32,000 nucleotides of DNA from Nitrosopumilus maritimus SCM1 (GCF_000018465.1 NC_010085.1:90001-122000), one strand, 5' to 3'. Positions 19,495 to 29,311 are shown, numbered from the stretch's first letter. A program made the numbers and translations. Notes: generated by a model not told the origin, from the sequence alone.

Positions 19495-20676
19495 TCATTC
19501 CATTTTTTTCTGAGATTTTTCATATAGTTTCAAAATTTGATTGCCCATATTATCAGAAGAATATTCTTTTTTGACAAACTCGTAACCATTACTTCCTAGT
19601 TTTTTTACCAATTCTTTGTCTTCTAACAAAATTTCAATTTTTTCTTTTAAATCATCAACACTTTCTGGTTCAAAAAGTAAACCGTTTTTGTTATTCAAAA
19701 CAACATATGGTATTCCAAAGATATTCGTACTAATTGTTGGTTTTTTACAAGCGAATCCTTCCAAAGGAGTTAGTGGAGACATTTCCCATCTTGATGGTAG
19801 TACAAGAAATTTACATGCATGATATGCTGAAATTACCTCTCCTCTTGTAGGTTTTTCTATAACCAAAATATTTTCTTTTAAATTTAATTTTTCTATCATT
19901 GAATTCATCTCTCTTTCATATCCAAAATTGGCTCCTAAAATCACAAGTTTTAAATCTTGAAATTTTTTCTTGTCAACAATTTTTTTGAATGATAAAAGCA
20001 GTAAATCAATCCCTTTAATTTTGGTGAATCTGCCAAGAAATAAAATAAATGACTCACTAATGTTGTATTTGTCTTTAAAATCTATATTATTTGCAGCAAA
20101 GTTTCTGTAATCTATTCCATTATGCACTATGGTAATTTTTTTCTCATTTGAGTATTTTAAAAAAACTGATTTTTCATATTCATTTGCTGCAATAATATGT
20201 GAAGCTTGATTAATTACAAATTTTACTAAAGGCTCCTGAATTTTATTTAGAATTTTACCCGCCCCTTTTTGATATTCAGGATGTGTATGTAATCCTCCTT
20301 GATCACTTAATAATAATGGAATTTTGTAAATTTTTGAGTATACTGCAGAAACAAATGCTTGAAACCCTCTAATTCCTATGGCATGAATTACGTCAGGCTT
20401 ATCTTTCTTTAGTTGAAAAAACAATCCTGGATTTATAAAAAATAATTTTATTTTAAAAAAAACATGGTTTCTTTTAATTACAAATTTTTCGTATTTTTCA
20501 ATCTTTGGTAACTCTGAATTAAATTTGTTGACGCTGTTATCAAAATCTAAATCTGTGGTATATACAGTTGTTTCATGGTTTTTTGAAACAAATCTTGCTA
20601 TGTCTAAACATAGAAATAAAATCCCTCCAAACTGAGTAGCAGGTAAAAATGCGGGACACGTTAAAGCAATTTTCAT
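19495..20676 (-). CDS. Glycosyltransferase family 4 protein
   Basis: 393 aa; LFLGRFTKIKGIDLLL, FLVLPSRWEMSPLTPLEGFACKKPTISTNIFGIPYVV. Confidence 0.92.
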   Translation of the reverse strand: MKIALTCPAFLPATQFGGILFLCLDIARFVSKNHETTVYTTDLDFDNSVNKFNSELPKIEKYEKFVIKRNHVFFKIKLFFINPGLFFQLKKDKPDVIHAIGIRGFQAFVSAVYSKIYKIPLLLSDQGGLHTHPEYQKGAGKILNKIQEPLVKFVINQASHIIAANEYEKSVFLKYSNEKKITIVHNGIDYRNFAANNIDFKDKYNISESFILFLGRFTKIKGIDLLLLSFKKIVDKKKFQDLKLVILGANFGYEREMNSMIEKLNLKENILVIEKPTRGEVISAYHACKFLVLPSRWEMSPLTPLEGFACKKPTISTNIFGIPYVVLNNKNGLLFEPESVDDLKEKIEILLEDKELVKKLGSNGYEFVKKEYSSDNMGNQILKLYEKSQKKME

Positions 20677-20736
20677 TTAATTATTTCTTGAAATTCCTCT
20701 ATTATAACATGTAATGATAATAATTTTATTAAAAAA

Positions 20737-21624
20737 TTAGATTTCTTTTACCAGTTTTTTAATTCCTAAATCAAGAGTAAAATTTGGAGTAAATCCAAGC
20801 TCATTTTTTGCTTTTTTAATATTAATTACAAATTTTTGTGGTTCTATTACTCTTGCATTTTTTTTGTTGATTTTAATTTTTTGATTAATGTTATTTTCAA
20901 TAATTTTAATCAATTTTGGTAATGTTGTTTTTTCATCTGAACCAATATTGAATGTATTCGAATTTTTATATTTAATTGATAATAATATTGCCTTAACTGC
21001 GTCATCTATATGTAATAAATTAAGAATTTGCTTCCCCCCATAAATTGTAACTTGTTTATTTTTTATAGCATTTTTTATCATTAATGATATTCCTCTTTTA
21101 GAATTAAGATCTCCATAAAAATTTGTAAATCTTAGGATTACATATTGAACATTATATGTTTGATGAAATTTTTTTATTAAATTTTCACTAGTAATTTTTG
21201 TAATTCCATTTAGATTAATTGGAAACTCTAGATCTTTTTCAGTAACTTTCTTTTTTGAATTTCCATAAACTTCTCTTGAAGAACAAAAAATTATTTTGGC
21301 ACCATTTTTTTTCATTAGATTTAAAATATTAAATGTTCCTAAACAATTTACCAAAAAAGTTTTTTCTGGATTTTCTTCACATTCAATGTTGCCTGTTATA
21401 CTTGCTGTATGAATTATAATATTTGGTTTGAATGCGTCAAAAATTTTTTTTAATTGTTTGTAATTTGTTATGTCACATTTTTTTATTATTGTGTTGTTTA
21501 TTGTATGTGTATTTTTTTTTGAAATGCCTAAAGATTGATAATCACTATTACTTAATTCAGATATGATTTTATTGCCTAACATTCCACTTGCACCAGTAAC
21601 CAAAATTTTAATTTGTTTTTTCAT
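20737..21624 (-). CDS. NAD-dependent epimerase/dehydratase family protein (extended SDR)
   Basis: 295 aa; LVTGASGMLGNKII, FCSSREVYG, LRFTNFYG. Catalytic Tyr position appears as Asn (LNGITK). Confidence 0.85.
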   Translation of the reverse strand: MKKQIKILVTGASGMLGNKIISELSNSDYQSLGISKKNTHTINNTIIKKCDITNYKQLKKIFDAFKPNIIIHTASITGNIECEENPEKTFLVNCLGTFNILNLMKKNGAKIIFCSSREVYGNSKKKVTEKDLEFPINLNGITKITSENLIKKFHQTYNVQYVILRFTNFYGDLNSKRGISLMIKNAIKNKQVTIYGGKQILNLLHIDDAVKAILLSIKYKNSNTFNIGSDEKTTLPKLIKIIENNINQKIKINKKNARVIEPQKFVINIKKAKNELGFTPNFTLDLGIKKLVKEI

Positions 21625-21719
21625 AATACAGCAATCTTGGTTTTATTGTTTTAAAATATCTTTTTTAATCTTATGACTTTCTTATTATGAATCCTAGTTT
21701 TTATTAAATGCTAAAATAA

Positions 21720-22664
21720 ATGGATATTGTGAAGGTATTGCTTACTGGCGCAAATGGATTTATTGGAAGCCATTTGGCTGATTATCTGTATAATAATTAT
21801 GATATTTTTTTGGCCGTAAGAGAATTCAGTAATATCTCTAACATAAACCATTTGAAAGATAAAGTAAATCTTTCTAAATTAGATATTACAAATTTTAAAG
21901 AAATACAAAATTTGTTAAATGAAATAAAACCTGATGTAGTTATTCATTTAGCTGGAGAAACCTCTCACTCAAAAAGTTTTGAAGATCCTATTCATGATGT
22001 AGAAGTTAATTCAAAATCAACATTATATTTTTTGGAATCAATTCGAAAATTACAATTAAAATGTACTTTTATTTTAGGTAGCACATTCATTGTTATAGGG
22101 AAACCCATTTCTTTACCTGTAAATGAGAAATCAGTTTGTATTCCAACAACAATCTATGCAACAAATAGATTGAGTAGTGAACATTTTTGTAAAATTTATC
22201 ATCAAGTATATGATATGGATTGTAGAATATTTAGAATAACAAATTCCTTTGGTCCTAGAGAAAAAACTATTTCATCAAAAAATGCTGTAAACTTTTTAAT
22301 TTATCAAGCATATAGTGGAAAAGAGATTACTGTCTTTAATGATGGAGAATTTTTTAGAGATCTTATCTATGTGAAAGATGTAGTTTCAGGAATTGAGACA
22401 ATTATGAAAAATGGAAAAAATGGTGAACTCTATTGGATTTCTTCACATCAAAAAACATGGTTTAAAGAATTCGGTAAAATACTTCATGAATTAACAAGCT
22501 CGCCTCTAAATTTTATTCCACCTCCAGAATACACTAAAAAAGTGGATGTGGGAAATTTTTTAGCTGATAATTCCAAACTGAAATCATTGGGATGGGAACC
22601 AAAGTATTCCTTGAGAGATGGGATTATTGAAACTTTAGATTATTTTAAAAACAAAAAATTATAA
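21720..22664 (+). CDS. NAD-dependent epimerase/dehydratase family protein (extended SDR)
   Basis: 314 aa; LLTGANGFIGSHLADYL, HLAGETSHSKSFEDPIHDVEVNSKST, IYATNRLSSEHF, FRITNSFGPRE. Confidence 0.88.
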   Translation: MDIVKVLLTGANGFIGSHLADYLYNNYDIFLAVREFSNISNINHLKDKVNLSKLDITNFKEIQNLLNEIKPDVVIHLAGETSHSKSFEDPIHDVEVNSKSTLYFLESIRKLQLKCTFILGSTFIVIGKPISLPVNEKSVCIPTTIYATNRLSSEHFCKIYHQVYDMDCRIFRITNSFGPREKTISSKNAVNFLIYQAYSGKEITVFNDGEFFRDLIYVKDVVSGIETIMKNGKNGELYWISSHQKTWFKEFGKILHELTSSPLNFIPPPEYTKKVDVGNFLADNSKLKSLGWEPKYSLRDGIIETLDYFKNKKL

Positions 22665-23699
22665 AATTTTAATAAAAAATTTTGACAAGATATTTAGAAT
22701 ATAATTAATTTTTTTTGAATATATTCTTCCTGTTACTATGCTTGGAATTTCAATTTGATTTTTAAATTCTTTGATGATTTCTACATCTTTAATTTCTTTC
22801 TTTGATTCTATTTCTAAATATTTTTTCTTAATTCCATTCCAGTTTTTTAAAATATTTGAATATCCCTCAATTTTTTCTTTTATCATTCCTTTTGATAAGT
22901 AAAACATTATTACAATTATTTCGATTATGATCAAAGATGGTAGCATTTTAAAAAATGTTTTTCTAGAATAATGTGTCAGTAAACAATAATGTCTATTTCT
23001 TTCTAAAAGAAAATATTTTTTCTTGCTCCAACCAAAACTAAAACTTTCAGCATGATATACCACACACCTAGGAACATAGTGTGATTTAATTCCTAACTGT
23101 CTAGCTCTCCATCCCAATTCTAAATCATCATGATATGCAAACAAAAAATCATCAAAGAAACCGATTTTTTCTAATACTTGCTTTGTAGTAAAAAGGCATG
23201 CACCAGAAGCATAATTAATTAGATAATTTTTATCATGATTTGAATTTTCTTTCTCACCCTTTCCAAAAGAATACCCAAAACCAAAAATTTGAATCATGTT
23301 TCCAGCAGAATTTATTCTAGATGTATCGTCTAATGCTAATAATTTTGGTTGGTAAAGGCCTAAACCTATTTTTTTATACTCTTGAAGAAATTCCTTTAAC
23401 CAAGATTTTTCTACAATTGTATCTGGATTTAGTATCACAATAAATTCCCCTTTGGCAGTTTTTATCCCTATATTGTTTCCTCCACAATATCCTAAATTTT
23501 CTTGATTTTGTATTAGTTTAATTTCAGGAAATTTTTTTTTACATTTATTTTGACTATTATCTGTCGATACATTATCAACTAATATTATTTCAAAATTCTT
23601 GTAATCACTTTTATGAATTGATTCAATACAGTTTTCAATTAATTTACCTGCATTATAATTTAAAATAATAATGCTGACTAATGGCTCTTCTGTATTCAC
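22659..23699 (-). CDS. Glycosyltransferase family 2 protein (rhamnosyltransferase-like)
   Basis: 346 aa; VSIIILNYNAGKLIENCIESI, VILNPDTIVEKSWL, DDFLFAYHDDLELGWRARQLG. Confidence 0.92.
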   Translation of the reverse strand: MNTEEPLVSIIILNYNAGKLIENCIESIHKSDYKNFEIILVDNVSTDNSQNKCKKKFPEIKLIQNQENLGYCGGNNIGIKTAKGEFIVILNPDTIVEKSWLKEFLQEYKKIGLGLYQPKLLALDDTSRINSAGNMIQIFGFGYSFGKGEKENSNHDKNYLINYASGACLFTTKQVLEKIGFFDDFLFAYHDDLELGWRARQLGIKSHYVPRCVVYHAESFSFGWSKKKYFLLERNRHYCLLTHYSRKTFFKMLPSLIIIEIIVIMFYLSKGMIKEKIEGYSNILKNWNGIKKKYLEIESKKEIKDVEIIKEFKNQIEIPSIVTGRIYSKKINYILNILSKFFIKIL

Positions 23700-23740
23700 A
23701 AATTATTCTATGATTGTACTTATTTTAATTAATTCTTTTT

Positions 23741-24799
23741 TTAAATCCAAATTTTTGTTCCTTCACCTAGAAGCAAAACATTCTTTTCATTTTTTTCTTG
23801 AAAAATCTGACAATCAAAAGCAATTATACTATCTGAAATTTTTATATTTGAATTAATTTCACAATTATTCATAATTATTGAATTCTCAATTTTACTTTTT
23901 GAAATTTTACAATTATCTCCAATACTAACATTAGGACCAATAACTGAATTATTATTAATAATACAATTTTTTCCAATTAAGACTGGTCCAATTATTTTTA
24001 CATTTTTTAGCAATGATTTTTCTTTTAAAACACAAACACCATCAATTTGAGTTTGTTCTTTTTCTCCCAAAAATTCTTGAGAAATATCTTGAAGAATTTC
24101 TTTATTTGCATGTAAAATATCATTTGGAGTTCCTGTATCTTTCCAATAATCAGTTACAGTGTCAAAGATAATTTTATTTCCTTTTTCCATCAATAATTGT
24201 AGTGCATCAGTAATCTCTAACTCGTTTCTCCATGAAGGTTTTAAGATATCAATAATTTCAAAAATTTTTTTATTTAGAAAATAAATTCCTGTAACTGCAA
24301 GATTTGTTGGTGGATCCTTTGGTTTTTCCATGATCTTGATAATTTTATTATCTTTAACATCTGCAATTCCAAATTGTGTAGGGTTATCTACTTCACATAA
24401 TAACAATAGTGCATCTGCATCAGAATTTTCATAATTGGTTTTGTATTCCAAAATTTCTTTTTTTAAAATATTGTCTCCTAAAAATACAAGGAATTTATCA
24501 TCTTTAACAAAATCTTTGCATAGATTTATTGCATGAGCAATACCTTTTGGCGCTTCTTGTGAAATATACGTGATTTTTACTCCAAATTTCTCTCCATTTC
24601 CATAATATTCTTCGACTTTTTTAGAAGCTATACCTCCAATAATGATGGCAATTTCTGTAATCCCTGCATTCTTCATGGATTCAATACAGTATTGAGACAT
24701 TGGTTTATTTGCAATTGGAAGTAGTTGTTTTGGTCCTGTATGGGTTAAAGGCCTTAGTCGTGTTCCATGACCACCATGTAAAATTATTCCTTTCATCAA
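23741..24799 (-). CDS. Glucose-1-phosphate thymidylyltransferase-like nucleotidyltransferase (long form with hexapeptide repeats)
   Basis: 352 aa; KGIILHGGHGTRLRPLTHTGPKQLLPIANKPM, C-terminal left-handed beta-helix-like repeats. Confidence 0.88.
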   Translation of the reverse strand: MMKGIILHGGHGTRLRPLTHTGPKQLLPIANKPMSQYCIESMKNAGITEIAIIIGGIASKKVEEYYGNGEKFGVKITYISQEAPKGIAHAINLCKDFVKDDKFLVFLGDNILKKEILEYKTNYENSDADALLLLCEVDNPTQFGIADVKDNKIIKIMEKPKDPPTNLAVTGIYFLNKKIFEIIDILKPSWRNELEITDALQLLMEKGNKIIFDTVTDYWKDTGTPNDILHANKEILQDISQEFLGEKEQTQIDGVCVLKEKSLLKNVKIIGPVLIGKNCIINNNSVIGPNVSIGDNCKISKSKIENSIIMNNCEINSNIKISDSIIAFDCQIFQEKNEKNVLLLGEGTKIWI

Positions 24800-24841
24800 A
24801 ATCTCCCTTATTCTAAAGAATTTTATCTTTTACATAAAAAA

Positions 24842-25831
24842 TTAGTTATTCCATTTGGCTTTTTTTAAAATCTCTTTATTAATACCGTTACACCATTCTT
24901 GATTTTTAACATACCAATCAATTGTTTTTTCAATTCCATCTTCAAAGCTTGTTTCTTCTTTCCATTTTAATTCATTTCTTATTTTTGATGAATCTAAACT
25001 ATATCTAAAATCATGCCCAGGTCTATCTTCTACAAATTCTAAATAATCATCATTCAATCCCATTTTTTCCAAAATATTTGTAACAATTTGAATATTATCC
25101 AATTCATTTTGGGCTGAAATGTTATATGATTCTCCAGATTTTCCTTTATGTAAAACTTCTTTGACTGCATTACAATGATCATCAACATGAATCCAATCTC
25201 TAATATTTTTCCCATTTCCGTATATTGGAATTTTTTGCTTTTGCATTGCTAATAGAATAGTTTTTGGTATTAATTTTTCAGGAAATTGTCTAGGTCCATA
25301 ATTATTAGTACAACGTGTTATTACTGTATCTATTTCATATGTTACAAAATAAGAATTAACTAACAATTCTGCTGAAGCTTTGGATGATGAATATGGGCTG
25401 GATGGATTTAATTTGAAATTCTCATTTGCGCTATTTTTTTTTAAACTTCCAAAAACTTCATCTGTTGATATCTGAACTAACCTTTTTTCTTTTTCTTTTT
25501 TTAAAATTTCTAGAATTGTAAATACCCCTAAAATATTTGAGTTTATGAATGGTGTTGCATCTGAAATACTTCGATCAACATGGGATTCTGCTGCAAAATT
25601 TACTATTGCATCAGATATAGAAATCAAATTTTTCATTAGTTTATGATTTGTGATATCTCCTTTAACGAATTCATAATTATTTTTCTTTTGTATTGAAATC
25701 AAATTTTGATGGTTGGCTCCATGATTTTCATTATCTAAATTAATTATGGTATGTTCAGGGAATTCGTTTAAATAATTAATTATAAAATTACTACCAATAA
25801 ATCCTAATCCTCCTGTAACTAAAATTTTCAT
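24842..25831 (-). CDS. rfbB: dTDP-glucose 4,6-dehydratase
   Basis: 329 aa; LVTGGLGFIGSNFI, NFAAESHVDRSI, QISTDEVFGSL, PYSSSKASAELLV, RCTNNYGPRQFPEKLIP, ENWCN-like C-terminus (KNQEWCN). Confidence 0.92.
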   Translation of the reverse strand: MKILVTGGLGFIGSNFIINYLNEFPEHTIINLDNENHGANHQNLISIQKKNNYEFVKGDITNHKLMKNLISISDAIVNFAAESHVDRSISDATPFINSNILGVFTILEILKKEKEKRLVQISTDEVFGSLKKNSANENFKLNPSSPYSSSKASAELLVNSYFVTYEIDTVITRCTNNYGPRQFPEKLIPKTILLAMQKQKIPIYGNGKNIRDWIHVDDHCNAVKEVLHKGKSGESYNISAQNELDNIQIVTNILEKMGLNDDYLEFVEDRPGHDFRYSLDSSKIRNELKWKEETSFEDGIEKTIDWYVKNQEWCNGINKEILKKAKWNN

Positions 25832-26021
25832 GTTATGTCTGTGGTTATTGCGTATCTATATTATACTAGTTTTTTGCTATTTAACAGTCTTTTTATCTAA
25901 ATTTTTCTATACTCCTTTGATAATTGTAAAAAAGTCATCTTCTCAACTTAACTATCATTTTTACACATATTTTCTATGATTACAGCATCAGAAGTTCTCG
26001 GATGCCATTAGAGAAAGGCCA

Positions 26022-26059
26022 CTAGGAATACCTATGAAATCTATCTAAAATATTCCTAG
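26022..26059. repeat. Perfect 9-bp inverted repeat CTAGGAATA...TATTCCTAG with 20-nt loop
   Basis: CTAGGAATA at 26022-26030 and TATTCCTAG at 26051-26059, in the region 5' of the decayed ORF. Confidence 0.7.
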
Positions 26060-26068
26060 ATTGTACTC

Positions 26069-26370
26069 ATGAAGACTGAGAATCTGGCAAAGTTATCACA
26101 ATCTCAAATTAAAGAATTAGTTTTCAATTATGTGGTTCCTCTCAAAGATCTTACTGATAGAACTGGAAAGCCAAGTCCAAACCCATACAACACACTGCTT
26201 ACTACAAAACTAGTAAGAAAAAAGATTCATTCATTTTTTACTGCAACATATTGTAGAATTAGCAATTTCAGGAATAACTGTAGTAGATATATGACCAATT
26301 GAAAATGGTGCAATAGTTGAACCAGGTTAACAAAATTTATGAAGATTAATAGGGTGACCTCAAAAAAAGA
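26069..26370 (+). pseudogene. Decayed protein-coding gene remnant
   Basis: Intact start MKTENLAKLSQSQIKELVFNYVVPLKDLTDRTGKPSPNPYNTLLTTKLVRKK, then a different frame reads LLQHIVELAISGITVVDI*PIENGAIVEPG*QNL*RLIG*P with protein-like composition broken by stops. Confidence 0.5.
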
Positions 26371-26425
26371 TTTGTGAATATACTTTTACAAAAAAAAATC
26401 AATGTCTATAAAAAATTCAAAATAT

Positions 26426-27607
26426 TTAATGTGGAATCATTGGGAAAATTTTATTATAAATTGAATCTGCCATTATTTCATTTCCAAAGTCACTCATATG
26501 TCCTTCATCAAGATATATGTTTATACCATTCATTTCTGAAAATGAATTCCTGAGATCAAAAATATTATCACAATATTTTACTTCACCAGTATTCAAATTA
26601 ATTTCTCTGAGGTATGTTGAATACTCATTTATGAACGAAGTATCGTTCATTATCCGTTTTTCATCATCACCAATTACTCTATCACTAGTTCCCAAAATTG
26701 GTTGTATGAAATTAACAACCGTAAAATCATTTGTTTGTCCTAGTTCGCATGTTTTAGACCAATATTTTTTCATATAATTTTGAATGAATTCGACTATTTT
26801 TGGATCAACTTTGCCTTTTTTTACATCTAATTTGGAATTGTCAATGTTTTCAAGTGTAGGTTGCTCATTAACAATATTTTTATAAAAAATGAATAACCCA
26901 ATACCTGTTTTGAAATTAATGCGTTCAAAAAATTTGATGAGTCCAGAGCCTGAACCTGAAGAAGAGTTGAATCTATCAAATGACATATTGTTTAAAAGAG
27001 CATCATTTAAAATAAATTCTTGGTAAGGGATATTAAATTTTGTCAAATTAAAACCTGCCACATCATTCCACCCATCATACATAATTACCATATCAGGATC
27101 AAATCTTAGTATGAGATTTTCTAGCACATAAAACTCGTCAATGGTTGCAGCACCACTAACTCCCACATTAATTACTTTAACATTATATCCTTCATCACGT
27201 AATTTTTTTTCTAAATATCCTGGAATTGTTGTTTCATCAGATGTAGAAATATTCCCAAAAGCTGTAGAACCCCCAAAAAAGAAAATCCTATATTCATCAT
27301 CAAGGAATTTTATTTCTTCACCTCTCCAACCATCAGAATTTATGTTGACATATTTTCCATGTTGATCAGGAACATGTAATCTTACAGGTGCATCAAACAT
27401 GGAAACGTCATTAGCTAAAGTATATTCTCTGCATAAAACCTGCTTATCATACTCTGAAAAATAATCAAAAAATGAACTATTCAAACTATCACATTCCATT
27501 GAAAATAAATAAGTAATATGAAGAGATACTTCAATACCAATCAACAAAATTATTCCTAAAATTAGAAAAAATATGAATTGCTTTCCACTAGAAACTTGAA
27601 CAGACAT
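26426..27607 (-). CDS. SGNH/GDSL-hydrolase-like protein with N-terminal TM segment
   Basis: 393 aa; N-terminal hydrophobic helix, IFFFGGSTAFGNISTSDETTIPGYLEKKL (block I-like), MYDGWND, DEGHMSDFGNEIMA (C-terminal Asp/His block). Confidence 0.85.
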   Translation of the reverse strand: MSVQVSSGKQFIFFLILGIILLIGIEVSLHITYLFSMECDSLNSSFFDYFSEYDKQVLCREYTLANDVSMFDAPVRLHVPDQHGKYVNINSDGWRGEEIKFLDDEYRIFFFGGSTAFGNISTSDETTIPGYLEKKLRDEGYNVKVINVGVSGAATIDEFYVLENLILRFDPDMVIMYDGWNDVAGFNLTKFNIPYQEFILNDALLNNMSFDRFNSSSGSGSGLIKFFERINFKTGIGLFIFYKNIVNEQPTLENIDNSKLDVKKGKVDPKIVEFIQNYMKKYWSKTCELGQTNDFTVVNFIQPILGTSDRVIGDDEKRIMNDTSFINEYSTYLREINLNTGEVKYCDNIFDLRNSFSEMNGINIYLDEGHMSDFGNEIMADSIYNKIFPMIPH

Positions 27608-29311
27608 TTACTTTTCCACCAAATTATTCCCCAAAACAATAAAATCCATATTTGTTTTGGTAATCATATTGTAAGCCTGTTCAGGAGTATTGACAATTGG
27701 CTCCCCCATGACATTCATGGATGTATTAATAATTACTGGAACCCCAGTGATTTTATAAAATTCTAAAATCAAGTTATAGTAAAGTGGATTAGCATCACGA
27801 TTTACAGTTTGTAATCTACCAGTACCATCAACATGTGTCACTGCTGGAATATCTTGTGGTTTCTTAACAGGAGCAACAAACAACATGTAAGGGCTAATTC
27901 TGTCAATTTCGAAATATTCTGAAGTATATTCTTCAAGTATTGATGGGGCAAATGGTCTAAATGATTCTCTGTGTTTGATCTTTTCATTTAGAACATCCTT
28001 CATCTCTGATTTTCTAGGATCAGCCAGAATACTTCTACATCCCAAAGCTCTTGGACCCCATTCCATTTTACCCTGATACCAACCAACAATTTTTCCATCA
28101 GAGATAAGCCGAGCTGTTTTTTTTAGTAATTCATCACATTCTAATTTCTCATAAGAGATATTCATAGAATCTAAAAATTCTACTATCTGTTCATTTGAAT
28201 ACGATGGTCCAACATAAGCGTTTTCTGAAATTATCTTAGAGGAGTCATTTTCAATTAATCTGGTTTTTTTGTGGTGAATGTAGTAAAGATACTGCGCACA
28301 GCCAATTGCACTACCTGCATCTCCCGGGGATGGGGGTATGTGTAAATTATCAAACGGTCCTTCTCTAAGAATACGATAATTTGCGACACCATTAAGAGCT
28401 ACGCCTCCTCCAAGACACAAATTTTTTGAATTTGTTTTCTCATACACGTGATGTGTCATCTTTAACAAAATATCCTCCAATACCTTTTGTACACTAGCAC
28501 CAATGTCATAGTGTATTTGTTCTGTTTTTTCATTTTTCTTTCTAGGATTGATTCCAAATAATTTTGAAAATTTTTGATTTGTCATTACCTTGTCATACGT
28601 AAATGCAAAATATTTCATATCAAGATGAATTGAACCATCATCTTTAACATCAATCAAATTGTTTAAAATTGTATCATAGTACTTAGGTTTTCCATAAGAT
28701 GCGAGACCCATGAGTTTGTACTCACCCTCATTTACCTGAAAACCTAGAAAGTAAGTGAATGCTGAATAAAACAATCCTAATGAATTAGGCCATCGGATAT
28801 CATGAGTCAATGTAATAGAATTGTCTGTGGCATGACCAAATGATGTTGTGCTCCATTCACCTACTCCATCCACAGTTAATATTGCAGATTCATCAAATTG
28901 TGATGTATAAAATGTATGAGATGCATGGGACATATGGTGATCAGGGAAAATAATTTCACCCTTAAATCCATTGAGTGCTTTGTTTATGTCATTTTTTATC
29001 CACAGTCTTTTGTGTAACCATTTTGGTATAGTATTAATAAAACTAAAGAGACCTCTTGGTGCGAATGTAATGTAATTATCAAGTAATCTTTCAAATTTTA
29101 AAATTGGTTTGTCATAAAACGCTACAGAATGAATCTCAGAGGGAGATATGTCTGCCTCATTAAGACACCACTCTATTGCCATATTTGGAAAATCATCATC
29201 AAATTTTTTTCTAGAGAATCGTTCTTCTTCAACTGCTGCAACTACATGACCGTCTTTGAGTAATGCTGCAGCCGAATCATGATAATAACAGGATATTCCA
29301 AGATTGTACAT
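27608..29311 (-). CDS. Carbamoyltransferase, NodU/CmcH/TobZ family
   Basis: 567 aa; ISCYYHDSAAALLKDGHVVAAVEEERFSRKKFDDDFP, HHMSHASHTFYTSQFDESAILTVDGVGEW, ALGCRSILADPR, NTSMNVMGEPIVNTPEQA. Confidence 0.95.
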   Translation of the reverse strand: MYNLGISCYYHDSAAALLKDGHVVAAVEEERFSRKKFDDDFPNMAIEWCLNEADISPSEIHSVAFYDKPILKFERLLDNYITFAPRGLFSFINTIPKWLHKRLWIKNDINKALNGFKGEIIFPDHHMSHASHTFYTSQFDESAILTVDGVGEWSTTSFGHATDNSITLTHDIRWPNSLGLFYSAFTYFLGFQVNEGEYKLMGLASYGKPKYYDTILNNLIDVKDDGSIHLDMKYFAFTYDKVMTNQKFSKLFGINPRKKNEKTEQIHYDIGASVQKVLEDILLKMTHHVYEKTNSKNLCLGGGVALNGVANYRILREGPFDNLHIPPSPGDAGSAIGCAQYLYYIHHKKTRLIENDSSKIISENAYVGPSYSNEQIVEFLDSMNISYEKLECDELLKKTARLISDGKIVGWYQGKMEWGPRALGCRSILADPRKSEMKDVLNEKIKHRESFRPFAPSILEEYTSEYFEIDRISPYMLFVAPVKKPQDIPAVTHVDGTGRLQTVNRDANPLYYNLILEFYKITGVPVIINTSMNVMGEPIVNTPEQAYNMITKTNMDFIVLGNNLVEK

